Source: an uncultured candidate division Zixibacteria bacterium (GTDB lineage Bacteria; Zixibacteria; MSB-5A5; GN15; FEB-12). From it: a stretch of 64,000 nt of DNA. The position numbers were made by a program, and so were the translations under genes. The stretch spans positions 3,104,001 to 3,168,000 of the forward strand of contig OY760907.1 of the NCBI GenBank assembly GCA_963664195.1, written 5' to 3'. Positions 10,334 through 19,965 of this stretch are shown piece after piece. The notes under the pieces were generated by a model. The model was not told the origin of the DNA. It saw only the letters and a list, made by a program, of their open reading frames with translations, and did no database searches. Numbering within the stretch: the stretch's first letter is position 1; every line of letters begins with the position of its first letter.

Positions 10334-12766
10334 ATGCCGTACCGGAAAACGACGTTCTTTGCAGGGTTTGTAATCGTCATTGCCCTCGGCGCATTCGCCT
10401 TGCACTACTTCCAGGGAATCACGGGCACTAATTCACCGGAGACGATAGGCGACCAAATCGGCCGGGCGGATTTTCTCGAATCACAGACCCCCTCTCACGT
10501 CCTCGTTCGCATGGACCCACCTGCTCCCACGTTTCATGCAGGCGATACGGGCAGCTTCACAATTATCATAGAGATCGATACCGCAACGACTATTGACGGG
10601 ACGAGGTCCTCGTGGAACCGCGATCTGAAAGCTCCGGCGGCGGCTTGGTTGTCGGTTACTCGCGAGAGTGGCATCGTATTTACGGACAGACGGAGCATCG
10701 ATGGGGGGGGGCACGAGACTCAATTGACATTTGAGAGTCCTGATCCGGCCAATCCCTCAGTCATGGCAAAACGAGTGAGCTATGCCGTGGATTCCAGGGT
10801 TCAGGCCAAGAAATACAATGTTTCGCTGGAGGTCGTAGCAGACCTGGTAACCGATAACGGGTTGCAGGTGCAGGACATCGGCACCGTCAAAATCCCCGTT
10901 TCGGTCGACACCCAACTCGCGACGAAATTCCTCATGCTCCTGACCGTAGGTCTCGCGATTCTGCTGTTTGTCGTCGAATGGGTTCGGATCGATGTGGTAG
11001 CCATGGTGATGATGGTGTTGCTGCCGGAATTGGGATTGCTCAAAGCCGGGGACGCATTTCGAGGGTTAAGCAGCAATGCGGTCATTGCAATCATCGGTGT
11101 GATGATAATCAGTTTTGGGTTGAACCGGACGGGATTGGTGAACCGATTGGTTCAACCTATCCTGAAGTATGTCAGGAAGGGGGAGTCCCGGCTAGTGATT
11201 GTGTTTTCTTCGCTGATTGCCGCGATTTCAGGTGTTATGCAGAACACCGGGGCTGCTGTGCTGTTTCTTCCTGCAATCAGGTTGGTAACAACCCGCGAAC
11301 TCAAGATTCACATATCTCGCGTTCTCATGCCGATAGGCATGGCGGCGATTCTGGGCGGTACGCTTACGATGATCGGCACCAGTCCGTTGATACTGCTCAA
11401 TGACATCCTTCCGGCCGGGATGCCCAAGTTCGGTTTCCTTGAACTGACTCCGATCGGTCTGGCTATCACCGTTGGCGGAATCATCTATCTGTCAACGATT
11501 GGTATGAGGCTTCTTGCGAAGCGGAAAGTAGACTCGTCACGCGCTGGCGGTCAGGACGGAGTTATCTCTCCGCTCGGGATCGACAGCAATTATCCGGAGA
11601 TAATCGGCCCCGTTGAAGTGTTCATCCCTGACGACTATAAGCCCAATGGCGAGCCGCAGGAAATCGCAGAGATTCGGCGCCGTTTCCTCGTGAATACAGT
11701 AGCGATGTCTACGAGGGATGGGTCGCTCAATATTGCTCCGCATCCCAAGAGGACTCTAAAGGCGGGCAGAAGCATGTGCTTGTACGGTCTTCGGAAGAAC
11801 ATCGAGAAATTCGTCAAGACGTACCGGCTTGTGCTGAGGGACAAACCCGTCCATTTCAAGAGGACTTTGTTTGATCCGTCGTACGCCGGAGTCGCGGAGA
11901 TGATCATTGCCCCTCGATCTCAATTCGTCGGTAAGTGCATTCAGGAAATCCGTTTTCGCCAGACTTACGGCCTCAATGCGCTGGCCCTTCACCAGGACGG
12001 TGCGCTTTACTATCGAGAATTGGCCGATCGGTCTTTGAATCCGGGCGATGCGGTGCTGGTCCATGGAACGTGGGAGCAGATCCAGAAACTGAAGGAACAA
12101 CACCACAACTTCATTATTGTCACGTCGTCAAAAAAAGATATTCACAAGCCGGAAAAAGCAAGGTATGCTCTCATAAGCGTGCTTGTCAGTTTCGTGCTGA
12201 TGCTGCTCTCCAGTTTCTACTTCCAGGGCATGGCGTACAACCCGATCCCTTTGTCGATTTGTCTGATGGTGGGCGCGCTTGGGATGGTCATCTCCAAAGT
12301 CATGACGATTTCAGAGGCATATAGGTCAATAGATACGCGAACAGTGTTTCTGTTGGGCGGACTAATCCCTTTGGGGATGGCTGTGGATCAGACCGGGACG
12401 GCTCAATGGTTGGCAAAAGGTATTATTCTCGGGTTGGGCAGTTTCATGTCGCCTCTGGTGCTGCTCATTGTTCTGGCTGTTCTGAGTTGTGCGTTCACGA
12501 TGGTCGTATCGAATGTTGGTGCCTGCGCTCTTCTGGTCCCCCTTGGCGTATCTCTGGCCAGTCAATTGGGAATCGATCCCCGGGTAGCTGCGATAGTCGT
12601 CGGCATAGGCGTGTCTAATTCCTTCATTCTTCCGACGCATCAGGTGAATGCGCTGTATATGGGACCGGGGGAATACCAAACGAAAGACTATCTCAAAGTC
12701 GGCAGCGGGCTTAGTGTGGTATATATGGCAATACTGGTGGCAGTAGCCTATTTGTTGTATCTCTAG
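10334..12766 (+). CDS. SLC13/DASS family permease with TrkA-C domains and an extra N-terminal extracytoplasmic domain
   Basis: LGGTLTMIGTSPLI, SNVG and PTHQVNALYMGPGEY motifs; TrkA-C-like PRSQFVGKCIQEIRFRQTYGLN; an extra ~190 aa precedes the permease core. Confidence 0.88.
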   Translation: MPYRKTTFFAGFVIVIALGAFALHYFQGITGTNSPETIGDQIGRADFLESQTPSHVLVRMDPPAPTFHAGDTGSFTIIIEIDTATTIDGTRSSWNRDLKAPAAAWLSVTRESGIVFTDRRSIDGGGHETQLTFESPDPANPSVMAKRVSYAVDSRVQAKKYNVSLEVVADLVTDNGLQVQDIGTVKIPVSVDTQLATKFLMLLTVGLAILLFVVEWVRIDVVAMVMMVLLPELGLLKAGDAFRGLSSNAVIAIIGVMIISFGLNRTGLVNRLVQPILKYVRKGESRLVIVFSSLIAAISGVMQNTGAAVLFLPAIRLVTTRELKIHISRVLMPIGMAAILGGTLTMIGTSPLILLNDILPAGMPKFGFLELTPIGLAITVGGIIYLSTIGMRLLAKRKVDSSRAGGQDGVISPLGIDSNYPEIIGPVEVFIPDDYKPNGEPQEIAEIRRRFLVNTVAMSTRDGSLNIAPHPKRTLKAGRSMCLYGLRKNIEKFVKTYRLVLRDKPVHFKRTLFDPSYAGVAEMIIAPRSQFVGKCIQEIRFRQTYGLNALALHQDGALYYRELADRSLNPGDAVLVHGTWEQIQKLKEQHHNFIIVTSSKKDIHKPEKARYALISVLVSFVLMLLSSFYFQGMAYNPIPLSICLMVGALGMVISKVMTISEAYRSIDTRTVFLLGGLIPLGMAVDQTGTAQWLAKGIILGLGSFMSPLVLLIVLAVLSCAFTMVVSNVGACALLVPLGVSLASQLGIDPRVAAIVVGIGVSNSFILPTHQVNALYMGPGEYQTKDYLKVGSGLSVVYMAILVAVAYLLYL

Positions 12767-13797
12767 CAGGTGTCGGGGCGCTTGCCGGACCGATTGGTGT
12801 CAGGATTGTCTCTTGTGATGATTGCTCTATATATCTGATCGAGCCTGTCGGCGTGCTTGTCGAGAGTAGGAGGGGCACTCCAGAATCGTTCGTATGCGTT
12901 TTTTCCCATGGCAGACACCAGCGAGTTGTCGGACAGTCTCAGAAGGACCCGTTTCAGGTCGTCCTTGTCGCTTCCTTTGAACCAGAGTCCGGTCACGCCG
13001 TCTTCAACCATACCTCTTGCGGCTGAGGTGTCGGGTATGACAGCGGGAATACCGAGTGCGGCTGCCTCAAGCACTACCAGTCCCTGCGTCTCGTAGCAGA
13101 TCGACGGCAGCACCAGTGCTCTCGACCGCTTGAGCATGGGGAAGAGGTCATCTCTCTGAAGCCATCCGGCCATCTCGGCCTTCGGATTGGCCGACCTGAT
13201 TTCTTCGCTGCTTTCTCCCTCGCCGATGAAGGTCACTTTCATGTCGATTTCCGCGGTCGCCTCCGCCAGCAAACGGCAGCCTTTCTCTGATCCCAGCCGA
13301 CCGACAAACACGACTCCTTCGCAATTCGAAGGATTGGCAGAGGACTGTTTTTCGATTTCAATCGGGTTGGGAACACGATACGAATATGCCTCCGGGGTAA
13401 AATAGCCTTTCAGGACGTTGCGGCTGAAGTCGGATATGGTGATGAAGTGCTTCACCGATTGGGGAGATGTCCGCATGATTGCTGGACATAATGCCGTGTC
13501 ATTCGCCAGAGCTTCTGTGGGTAACTTCGCTTATCACAATTCGTCAGCAAGCATCTTAGTGACCCGCCGGTCAGCTTGCATATCTGCTGCTTCTGAAAGT
13601 TGTAGAAGCCGGCGTTGGGGCAGCCGATGGCGTAGTCATGCGAAGTAACAACCACGCACCGGAGCCACGGCGGTGAGCAGTGATACGGTGATGCCTCGCT
13701 CAGCCATTCTGATAGCTGAACTGAGAACTACCTGCGCAGCGCCTCCGTTTATGTGGGCTAAATCGAATACAACAACCAGATTGTAATCGGCAGACAT
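12763..13797 (-). pseudogene. GT4 glycosyltransferase pseudogene (internal deletion plus frameshift)
   Basis: Three pieces: MSADYNLVVVFDLAHINGGAAQVVLSSA...AVAPV (from 13797, GAGGA RBS); VVVTSHDYAIGCPNAG...GHLP (13655-13461, different frame); and KHFITISDFS...GRL..EKG...ETQGLVVLEA (to 12763). Confidence 0.8.
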
Positions 13798-13966
13798 CCG
13801 GATTCCTCAGTTTTTGACCCATCGCCAGATCCGGTGGCAAGTTAGTGACTATGATGAGGCATTGTCAAAGCATTTGGTTGGCTCTCGTCAGCCCGACCTC
13901 ACATCCTCAGCGCACAGCCGTTATTTTGTTTGAATTCGGGCGGGGATCCCCCCATATTGCAGACCT

Positions 13967-14461
13967 ATGCGTGTACTAGGAATCGATCCCGGATTGAATA
14001 TAACGGGCTATGCCGTCCTCGAAGACCGTCAGTCGACTATCGGTGTGGTCGAGGCGGGCGTGGTGCGGACGAAAGCATCGGCGGATATGTCGCTGCGTCT
14101 CAGGGAGATTGCCGCCGGAGTCGGAGAGGTGATCGAGCAGTTCAAACCGGATGCTCTGGCGGTCGAGGAGCTGTACTCGCATTACGCTCACCCGAAGACG
14201 GCGATCATTATGGGCCACGCGAGAGGAGTCATCTTTCTCGAGGCAGCCAAGGCCGGAATCGAGGTCTTCTCGTACGCGTCGACGCGAGTCAAGAAATCAC
14301 TCACCGGTAACGGTCGCGCACCCAAAAGGCAGATGCAACTTATGATCACTTCGACGCTCGGACTCAGCCAGATTCCGGAGCCGGCGGATGCTGCCGATGC
14401 CATGGCGATTGCGCTATGTCACTGCAGGTCACTACAGCACCAGGGAGCGTTTGCCCGATGA
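13967..14461 (+). CDS. ruvC: Holliday junction resolvase RuvC
   Basis: LGIDPG, AVEE, GHARG and DAADA motifs. Confidence 0.96.
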   Translation: MRVLGIDPGLNITGYAVLEDRQSTIGVVEAGVVRTKASADMSLRLREIAAGVGEVIEQFKPDALAVEELYSHYAHPKTAIIMGHARGVIFLEAAKAGIEVFSYASTRVKKSLTGNGRAPKRQMQLMITSTLGLSQIPEPADAADAMAIALCHCRSLQHQGAFAR

Positions 14462-15108
14462 TAAGTCGCATAGCAGGGAAACTGGCCCAGATCAGTGATC
14501 AGTATGCTCTTGTGGAGAATCACGGATTATTCTACGAAGTGTTATTGCCGTCGGGATTGGCAGAGCGTCTCAAGGGCAACGGCCAGATCGGGCACGAGAT
14601 TCAGTTCGAGACCATTTATTATATTGAAGCCGGAGACAAGAAATCGAGCCATTATCCGCGTATGGTCGGGTTCACAGACCGGATCGACCGTGAGTTCTTT
14701 TCGATCTTCACACAGGTGCCGGGGCTTGGGGTCAAGAAGGCGTTGAAGTCGCTGGTGTTGCCGGTGAGCGAGATTGCAGCTGCGATAGAGACAAAAGATG
14801 CGGATCGCCTTAAGCGCCTTCCGGGGGTCGGGGGGAGGCTGGCGGAGAAGATAATCGCCGAGCTTCACGGCAAAACGGCCAAGTTTGCGCTGGCAAAAAA
14901 CAGCGAACCGCTGGTAGCCAGGCAGTCCAGAGAGACGCCCCCGTTTGTTGAGGAGGCACTTGCCATTCTTGACCAGTTGCAGTACTCTCCGTCTGAGGCA
15001 AAAGATATGGTCGAAGCTGTGATGAAAACGAACCCGAAGATCAAGCAGGCTGAGGATCTCATTTCACTGGTGTTCCGGACCGCACAACAGGAAGGGGCCG
15101 CTGACTGA
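14458..15108 (+). CDS. ruvA: Holliday junction branch migration protein RuvA
   Basis: MISRIAGKL start overlapping the ruvC stop (ATGA); HhH motifs VPGLGVK and LPGVGGRLAEKI. Confidence 0.93.
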   Translation: MISRIAGKLAQISDQYALVENHGLFYEVLLPSGLAERLKGNGQIGHEIQFETIYYIEAGDKKSSHYPRMVGFTDRIDREFFSIFTQVPGLGVKKALKSLVLPVSEIAAAIETKDADRLKRLPGVGGRLAEKIIAELHGKTAKFALAKNSEPLVARQSRETPPFVEEALAILDQLQYSPSEAKDMVEAVMKTNPKIKQAEDLISLVFRTAQQEGAAD

Positions 15109-16136
15109 TGGCTCGTGAACGGGTAGTAACCGGCGAACAACTCAGTTCCGATGAGGACCTGACCCAGTTCTCACTCCGTCCTCAGAGTCTTGCAGAGTAT
15201 GTGGGACAGAGTGAGTTATGCGAGAAATTGGAAGTGCTGGTTCAGGCGGCGAAAGGTCGTGGCGAACCGACCGAGCACCTGCTGCTCTACGGCCCTCCGG
15301 GACTTGGCAAGACAACTCTGGCGCACATTCTTGCGCACGAGATGCAGACGAAAATCATATCCACCTCGGGGCCGTCGTTGCAACGGGCGGGGGATTTGAT
15401 GGGGATTCTGACGAATCTCGCCGAGGGGGATATTCTCTTCATAGATGAAATCCATCGGTTGTCCTCAGTGATCGAGGAGTTCATTTATCCGGCGATGGAA
15501 GACTTCAAGGTTGATTTCGTCGTTGATAAAGGTGCGTTTGCCAAAGTGATCAATGTGCCGCTAAAACGGTTCACACTCATCGGTGCGACGACCAGGGCGG
15601 GAATGCTCTCCGCGCCGCTTCGGGATCGGTTTGGTCTGTATTATCATCTTGATTTCTACCCGCCAGAAGAACTGGCCCAGATTGTTCTTCGTTCGGCCAA
15701 ACTGCTCGAAATCGTGATCAACGAAGAGGCCGCGGGTCTGATTGCCGCGCGGTCACGGGGGACACCGCGCATTGCCAATCGTCTCCTCAGGCGGGTGCGG
15801 GATTACGCGTCAGTCAAGGGGAACGGAAAGATCGATGCCGAGATCGCAGTGGTTTCGCTGGACAAAGAGGGAATCGACGGCGCCGGGCTTGATCCGCTGG
15901 ATCGCAAGTTGCTTGAGACTATTATCAAGTACTACAACGGCGGGCCGGTGGGCATTGAGGCTTTGGGAGCCACGCTCAACGAAGAAGTAGATACGCTGGT
16001 GGATATGGTCGAGCCGTTTTTGCTCAAGATCGGGTTTCTCCAGCGTACCAAACGTGGGCGGATGGCGTCGGCCTCGGCGGCGAAACATCTTGATATGAAA
16101 CTCAACAACGGGTCCGGGCAATCCAGTCTGTTCTAG
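15108..16136 (+). CDS. ruvB: Holliday junction branch migration helicase RuvB
   Basis: LRPQSL, GPPGLGKT, FIDEIHR and RGTPRIANRLL motifs. Confidence 0.97.
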   Translation: MARERVVTGEQLSSDEDLTQFSLRPQSLAEYVGQSELCEKLEVLVQAAKGRGEPTEHLLLYGPPGLGKTTLAHILAHEMQTKIISTSGPSLQRAGDLMGILTNLAEGDILFIDEIHRLSSVIEEFIYPAMEDFKVDFVVDKGAFAKVINVPLKRFTLIGATTRAGMLSAPLRDRFGLYYHLDFYPPEELAQIVLRSAKLLEIVINEEAAGLIAARSRGTPRIANRLLRRVRDYASVKGNGKIDAEIAVVSLDKEGIDGAGLDPLDRKLLETIIKYYNGGPVGIEALGATLNEEVDTLVDMVEPFLLKIGFLQRTKRGRMASASAAKHLDMKLNNGSGQSSLF

Positions 16137-16179
16137 ATTGCGATTGACTCAATCTGCTATGATCCGGTTTTCAACTGCA

Positions 16180-16770
16180 ATGACGAAGATTCTTGTTCTG
16201 ATGCTGATGACAGTCGTGTTCGTTGTTGGGTGCGGCAATGACGAACCGATCGCGCCGGCTCCGGCTGCAGCGGACGGCGTGATTATGCCGCTGGCGGTGA
16301 ACAACAAATGGGTGTACGACGTCATGCAGTATGACATTGGCGGAATGCTTGTGGACGAATGGACCGATAGCTTGATCCTCGAGGACTCGGGTACAGTGAC
16401 GACTGACATCTGGTTTGTCGACGACGGTGACAGCTATTACGCCAATCGCGCTGACGGTCTCTGGTTTCGAGCCGCCTCGGGTGGCAGCGTATCGCTCCTT
16501 TTCAAGTATCCCGCCAACGTCAACGATGTCTGGCCGGGGAGCGGCTACGCGATGTTGCTGGAATCAAAAACGGCTGCAACCTCAGTGCCGCTTGGCAGTT
16601 ATACTTGTTATCAGTATGTGCGGGAGTATCCATCGGGAACGGGCCTCGGGATGGAGTTCTACTATCTCGTGCCGGACACGGGCATTGTGCGGTACGAAAA
16701 GCGTGATTCAAGCAACGGGTTTGTCGAAGAGATTGGACTGTTGCGAGAGGTTATTCTCCAGGACCAGTGA
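16180..16770 (+). CDS. Hypothetical lipoprotein
   Basis: Lipobox VVGC after a hydrophobic stretch; PLAVNNKWVY and SVPLGSYTC motifs. Confidence 0.7.
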   Translation: MTKILVLMLMTVVFVVGCGNDEPIAPAPAAADGVIMPLAVNNKWVYDVMQYDIGGMLVDEWTDSLILEDSGTVTTDIWFVDDGDSYYANRADGLWFRAASGGSVSLLFKYPANVNDVWPGSGYAMLLESKTAATSVPLGSYTCYQYVREYPSGTGLGMEFYYLVPDTGIVRYEKRDSSNGFVEEIGLLREVILQDQ

Positions 16771-16777
16771 AAATAGT

Positions 16778-17044
16778 ATGAGTGATTCCGAAAAGAAATA
16801 CGATGCTGAAAAAGTCAACGAAGTGCTAGCCGAAGAGACGGTCAAGTTCCGTGACAAACTCGCTATGACAACCGGCGAGACGTTGACGGTGGGGGATACT
16901 CGAGTCGCACTCAACGCGCTTGAGGATTTCATGAACGGCAAATCGATGCTCGGAGTGCTCAGTCCCAACCAGAAGAAACTGTTCGATCTCTGGATTCGGC
17001 GTCTGAAGAAACTGAACGACGGGTCGGACAAGGAAAACGACTGA
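16778..17044 (+). CDS. Small hypothetical protein (88 aa)
   Basis: MSDSEKKYDAE... fills the gap between the lipoprotein gene and queA. Confidence 0.6.
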   Translation: MSDSEKKYDAEKVNEVLAEETVKFRDKLAMTTGETLTVGDTRVALNALEDFMNGKSMLGVLSPNQKKLFDLWIRRLKKLNDGSDKEND

Positions 17045-17045
17045 C

Positions 17046-18089
17046 GTGGATATCTCCCTTTTTGATTACGACCTGCCAGACAGACTCATCGCCCAGTTTC
17101 CGGCTCGAAAGCGTGAGGAGTCCCGGCTGTTGCTGCTGGACCGCGGCAACGGGTCAGGAGTGCAGCACAGTCAATTCAGGAGCGTGGTGAATTACCTGAG
17201 GAAGGGTGACGCGCTGGTGGTCAACAACACGCGCGTGTTTAAGGCAAGATTGTACGGGCGTCGTGTAACCGGAGGGAAGGCGGAGATATTTCTGATCCGA
17301 CGGCTGGAAGACCAGCCGGGGGAAATCTGGGAGGCGCTGGCGCGGCCTTCGCGACGGCTCAAGCCGGGGGAAGAGGTTCTATTCGACGACGGCAAGTCGG
17401 TCGTTCTCAAGGCTGATCTGAACAACGGCCGGTGGCATGTCGAGTTTACATCGCGCACTGCCTGTGAGCGGATTATCAGTCGACACGGTCACATTCCTTT
17501 GCCGCAGTATATAGGGAGAGATGATCAACCCTCGGACATCCGTCGATATCAGACAGTGTATGCGGATAAGGAGAAAACCGGCGCTGTTGCGGCTCCGACC
17601 GCGGGATTCCATTTCACACGGAGGATTCTGGATGAGTTGCGGGCCAATGGCGTGAAGGTGATCGAGCTTACGCTTCATGTGGGGCCGGGGACGTTCAAAC
17701 CGATCACGGCCGATGATATCAATCAACATACGGTCGATGCGGAGTTTGCTGAGTTGTCGCCTGATGCTGCCCGGAGGTTGAACAGTGTTCGCTCGAATGG
17801 GGGATCGGTATTCGCCGTTGGGACCACGAGTGTGCGAACGCTGGAAGCTGCTTCGATTGAAGACGGCAAGATTGTCCCGTTTTCCCGGATGGTTGACCTG
17901 TATATCAAGCCGGGATACAAGTTCCGAGTCGTTGATCACATGGTGACCAATTTTCATTTGCCCAAATCCTCGCTGCTGGTGCTGGTGTCGGCATTTGCGG
18001 GCCGTGAGAGGATTGTCGAGGCGTACCGTGAGGCGGTCGCTGAGGAGTACCGTTTCTACAGCTACGGCGACGCCATGCTCATCTTATAA
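17046..18089 (+). CDS. queA: S-adenosylmethionine:tRNA ribosyltransferase-isomerase
   Basis: FDYDLP..LIAQ, AVAAPTAG, GTTSVR, TNFHLP and YRFYSYGD motifs. Confidence 0.96.
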   Translation: MDISLFDYDLPDRLIAQFPARKREESRLLLLDRGNGSGVQHSQFRSVVNYLRKGDALVVNNTRVFKARLYGRRVTGGKAEIFLIRRLEDQPGEIWEALARPSRRLKPGEEVLFDDGKSVVLKADLNNGRWHVEFTSRTACERIISRHGHIPLPQYIGRDDQPSDIRRYQTVYADKEKTGAVAAPTAGFHFTRRILDELRANGVKVIELTLHVGPGTFKPITADDINQHTVDAEFAELSPDAARRLNSVRSNGGSVFAVGTTSVRTLEAASIEDGKIVPFSRMVDLYIKPGYKFRVVDHMVTNFHLPKSSLLVLVSAFAGRERIVEAYREAVAEEYRFYSYGDAMLIL

Positions 18090-18131
18090 AAGGCTTTTGC
18101 GGTCTTTCAATCCGGCCTATATTCCGCGTCT

Positions 18132-18830
18132 ATGAAGACTTGTGCCATAATAGTCGCTGCCGGAAACTCTGTCCGATACGGGGGAGCGGTTCCGAAGCAG
18201 TTTCGCGAGATTTGCGGCCGTCCGATGCTGGCCTGGACGATCAGTCGTTTCGAAAAGGCGTCCTCGATAGATGAAATCGCTCTCGTAGTGGCCGAGGACT
18301 ATATGCTGTATGCCAGCGAGAATGTGGTCGATAAGTTTGGTCTCAACAAGGTGAATCGAATCGTCCCCGGCGGAGAGACGCGGCAGGAATCGGTACTGAA
18401 GGGACTGGAGCGGCTGCCGATTTCGACTCAACTGGTGGCAATTGCAGACGGTGCCCGTCCGCTGACAGCCCCGGGTGACATTGATGCGGTGGTTGCAGTG
18501 GCTGCGAAGGATCAGGCAGCCATACTGGCGGCGCGAACCACCGACACGGTCAAGCGGGCCGAACAGGGGTACGTTTTTGCAACCTTAGATCGCAGATCGC
18601 TGTTTTTGGCACAAACGCCTCAGGTGTTTCAGTATGACCTCATTGTCGAGGCGCACCGTCAGGCGGCAAAGAGTGGCGATGAGTTTACAGATGATGCTTC
18701 GTTGATTGAGGCCCGTGGATTCAAAGTGAAAATAGTCGAGCCGACGGCAATCAACCCGAAAGTGACAACTCCGCAGGATATGCTGATTGCCGAGGCGATA
18801 TTGAGGGGAGTGGTAGATGATCAGTCATAG
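18132..18830 (+). CDS. ispD: 2-C-methyl-D-erythritol 4-phosphate cytidylyltransferase
   Basis: AAG..VR...PKQF, DGARP, QTPQ and TDD motifs. Confidence 0.94.
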   Translation: MKTCAIIVAAGNSVRYGGAVPKQFREICGRPMLAWTISRFEKASSIDEIALVVAEDYMLYASENVVDKFGLNKVNRIVPGGETRQESVLKGLERLPISTQLVAIADGARPLTAPGDIDAVVAVAAKDQAAILAARTTDTVKRAEQGYVFATLDRRSLFLAQTPQVFQYDLIVEAHRQAAKSGDEFTDDASLIEARGFKVKIVEPTAINPKVTTPQDMLIAEAILRGVVDDQS

Positions 18831-19320
18831 CGACATGAATGTGAGAATCGGTCACGGCTACGATGTCCATCGGTTGGTGACGGGACGCAAGCTGATTGTT
18901 GGCGGGGTGGAGATTCCGCACAACAAGGGGCTTGACGGCCATAGTGACGCCGATGTTCTGTTGCACGCAATCTGCGACGCGCTTCTTGGTGCGGCAGGTT
19001 TGGACGATATCGGGCAGCATTTTCCGCCCAATGATGACGAGTACAAAAACGCGGACTCGCTGGAGTTGTTGGAGCGGGTGGCAGCGATGATCCGCAAGTG
19101 CGGGTACGACCGGATCGGCAACGTGGATTGTGTGATTATGGCGGAGGAGCCGAAGATGAATCCGCACGTCTCCGAGATGAAGCGAAAGATTGCTCTAGTG
19201 CTCGGAGTTGGTCTGTCTCAGGTTGGAATCAAAGCGACGACGACAGAGAAGCTCGGGTATGTTGGCAAGGGAGAAGGCATCGCCGCCTCTGCCGTCTGTC
19301 TGATCGGCAAGAAGGGATGA
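18817..19320 (+). CDS. ispF: 2-C-methyl-D-erythritol 2,4-cyclodiphosphate synthase
   Basis: GHGYDVH, GHSDADV and KATTTEKLG motifs. Confidence 0.95.
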   Translation: MISHSDMNVRIGHGYDVHRLVTGRKLIVGGVEIPHNKGLDGHSDADVLLHAICDALLGAAGLDDIGQHFPPNDDEYKNADSLELLERVAAMIRKCGYDRIGNVDCVIMAEEPKMNPHVSEMKRKIALVLGVGLSQVGIKATTTEKLGYVGKGEGIAASAVCLIGKKG

Positions 19321-19332
19321 TCTCGTACGTTT

Positions 19333-19965
19333 ATGAGTGAATCACTGGCCATCATCAACGAATATCTTGATAAGGCGTTTATGTACGGTCCGTTCTGGGC
19401 GTACTTCGTGATTTTCGCAGCCTGCTTCATCGAGAATATCGCTCCGCCGTTTCCGGGTGACAGTTTCATTGTGGCGACCGGGGGATTGGTGGCTGTGCAC
19501 CGGATTGATCCTCTCTACGGGTTGATGGCGATTCTCATTGGCGGGATGGCCTCGATCATGTTCTATTACTATCTGGGCCGCCGGTTTGGCCGTGATTATT
19601 TCATGCGGAAGAACTTCCGGTTCTTTTCAGCGGAAGATATTGTCGAGATGGAAGGACGGTTTCAACGACGCGGTGGACTGTTGCTCGTAGCTTCGCGGTT
19701 CATAGTAGGTTTTCGGGTAGCACTGGCTCTGGCGGCGGGTATCGGGAAGTATCCGGCGGGACGGATGTTTACCTATACGTTGATTTCGTACATCCTGTTT
19801 TCGAGCCTGCTAATGTATCTAGGATTCAAGCTGGTGGAGAATTTTGACCGGATCGGGTACTATTTCAAGACATATAACTACATAGGTTGGCCGATAGTTA
19901 TTGGGATCATTCTGATATGGGGGATCAGGCGTTATCGCAAGATTCGTGAAAGGAACGGCTCATGA
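19333..19965 (+). CDS. DedA family membrane protein
   Basis: ENIAPPFPGD and SRFIVGFR motifs. Confidence 0.9.
   Translation: MSESLAIINEYLDKAFMYGPFWAYFVIFAACFIENIAPPFPGDSFIVATGGLVAVHRIDPLYGLMAILIGGMASIMFYYYLGRRFGRDYFMRKNFRFFSAEDIVEMEGRFQRRGGLLLVASRFIVGFRVALALAAGIGKYPAGRMFTYTLISYILFSSLLMYLGFKLVENFDRIGYYFKTYNYIGWPIVIGIILIWGIRRYRKIRERNGS

Noticed and set aside
13800..13966. SOS box upstream of ruvCAB
   Set aside because: No match to the imuA palindrome was found.
16116..16136. RuvB C-terminal QSSLF clamp-binding-like motif
   Set aside because: Similar tails are common in RuvB proteins, so it is not novel.
16415..16777. 5' extension of the 209-aa ORF
   Set aside because: It overlaps the lipoprotein gene in another frame; the ATG at 16778 is the plausible start.
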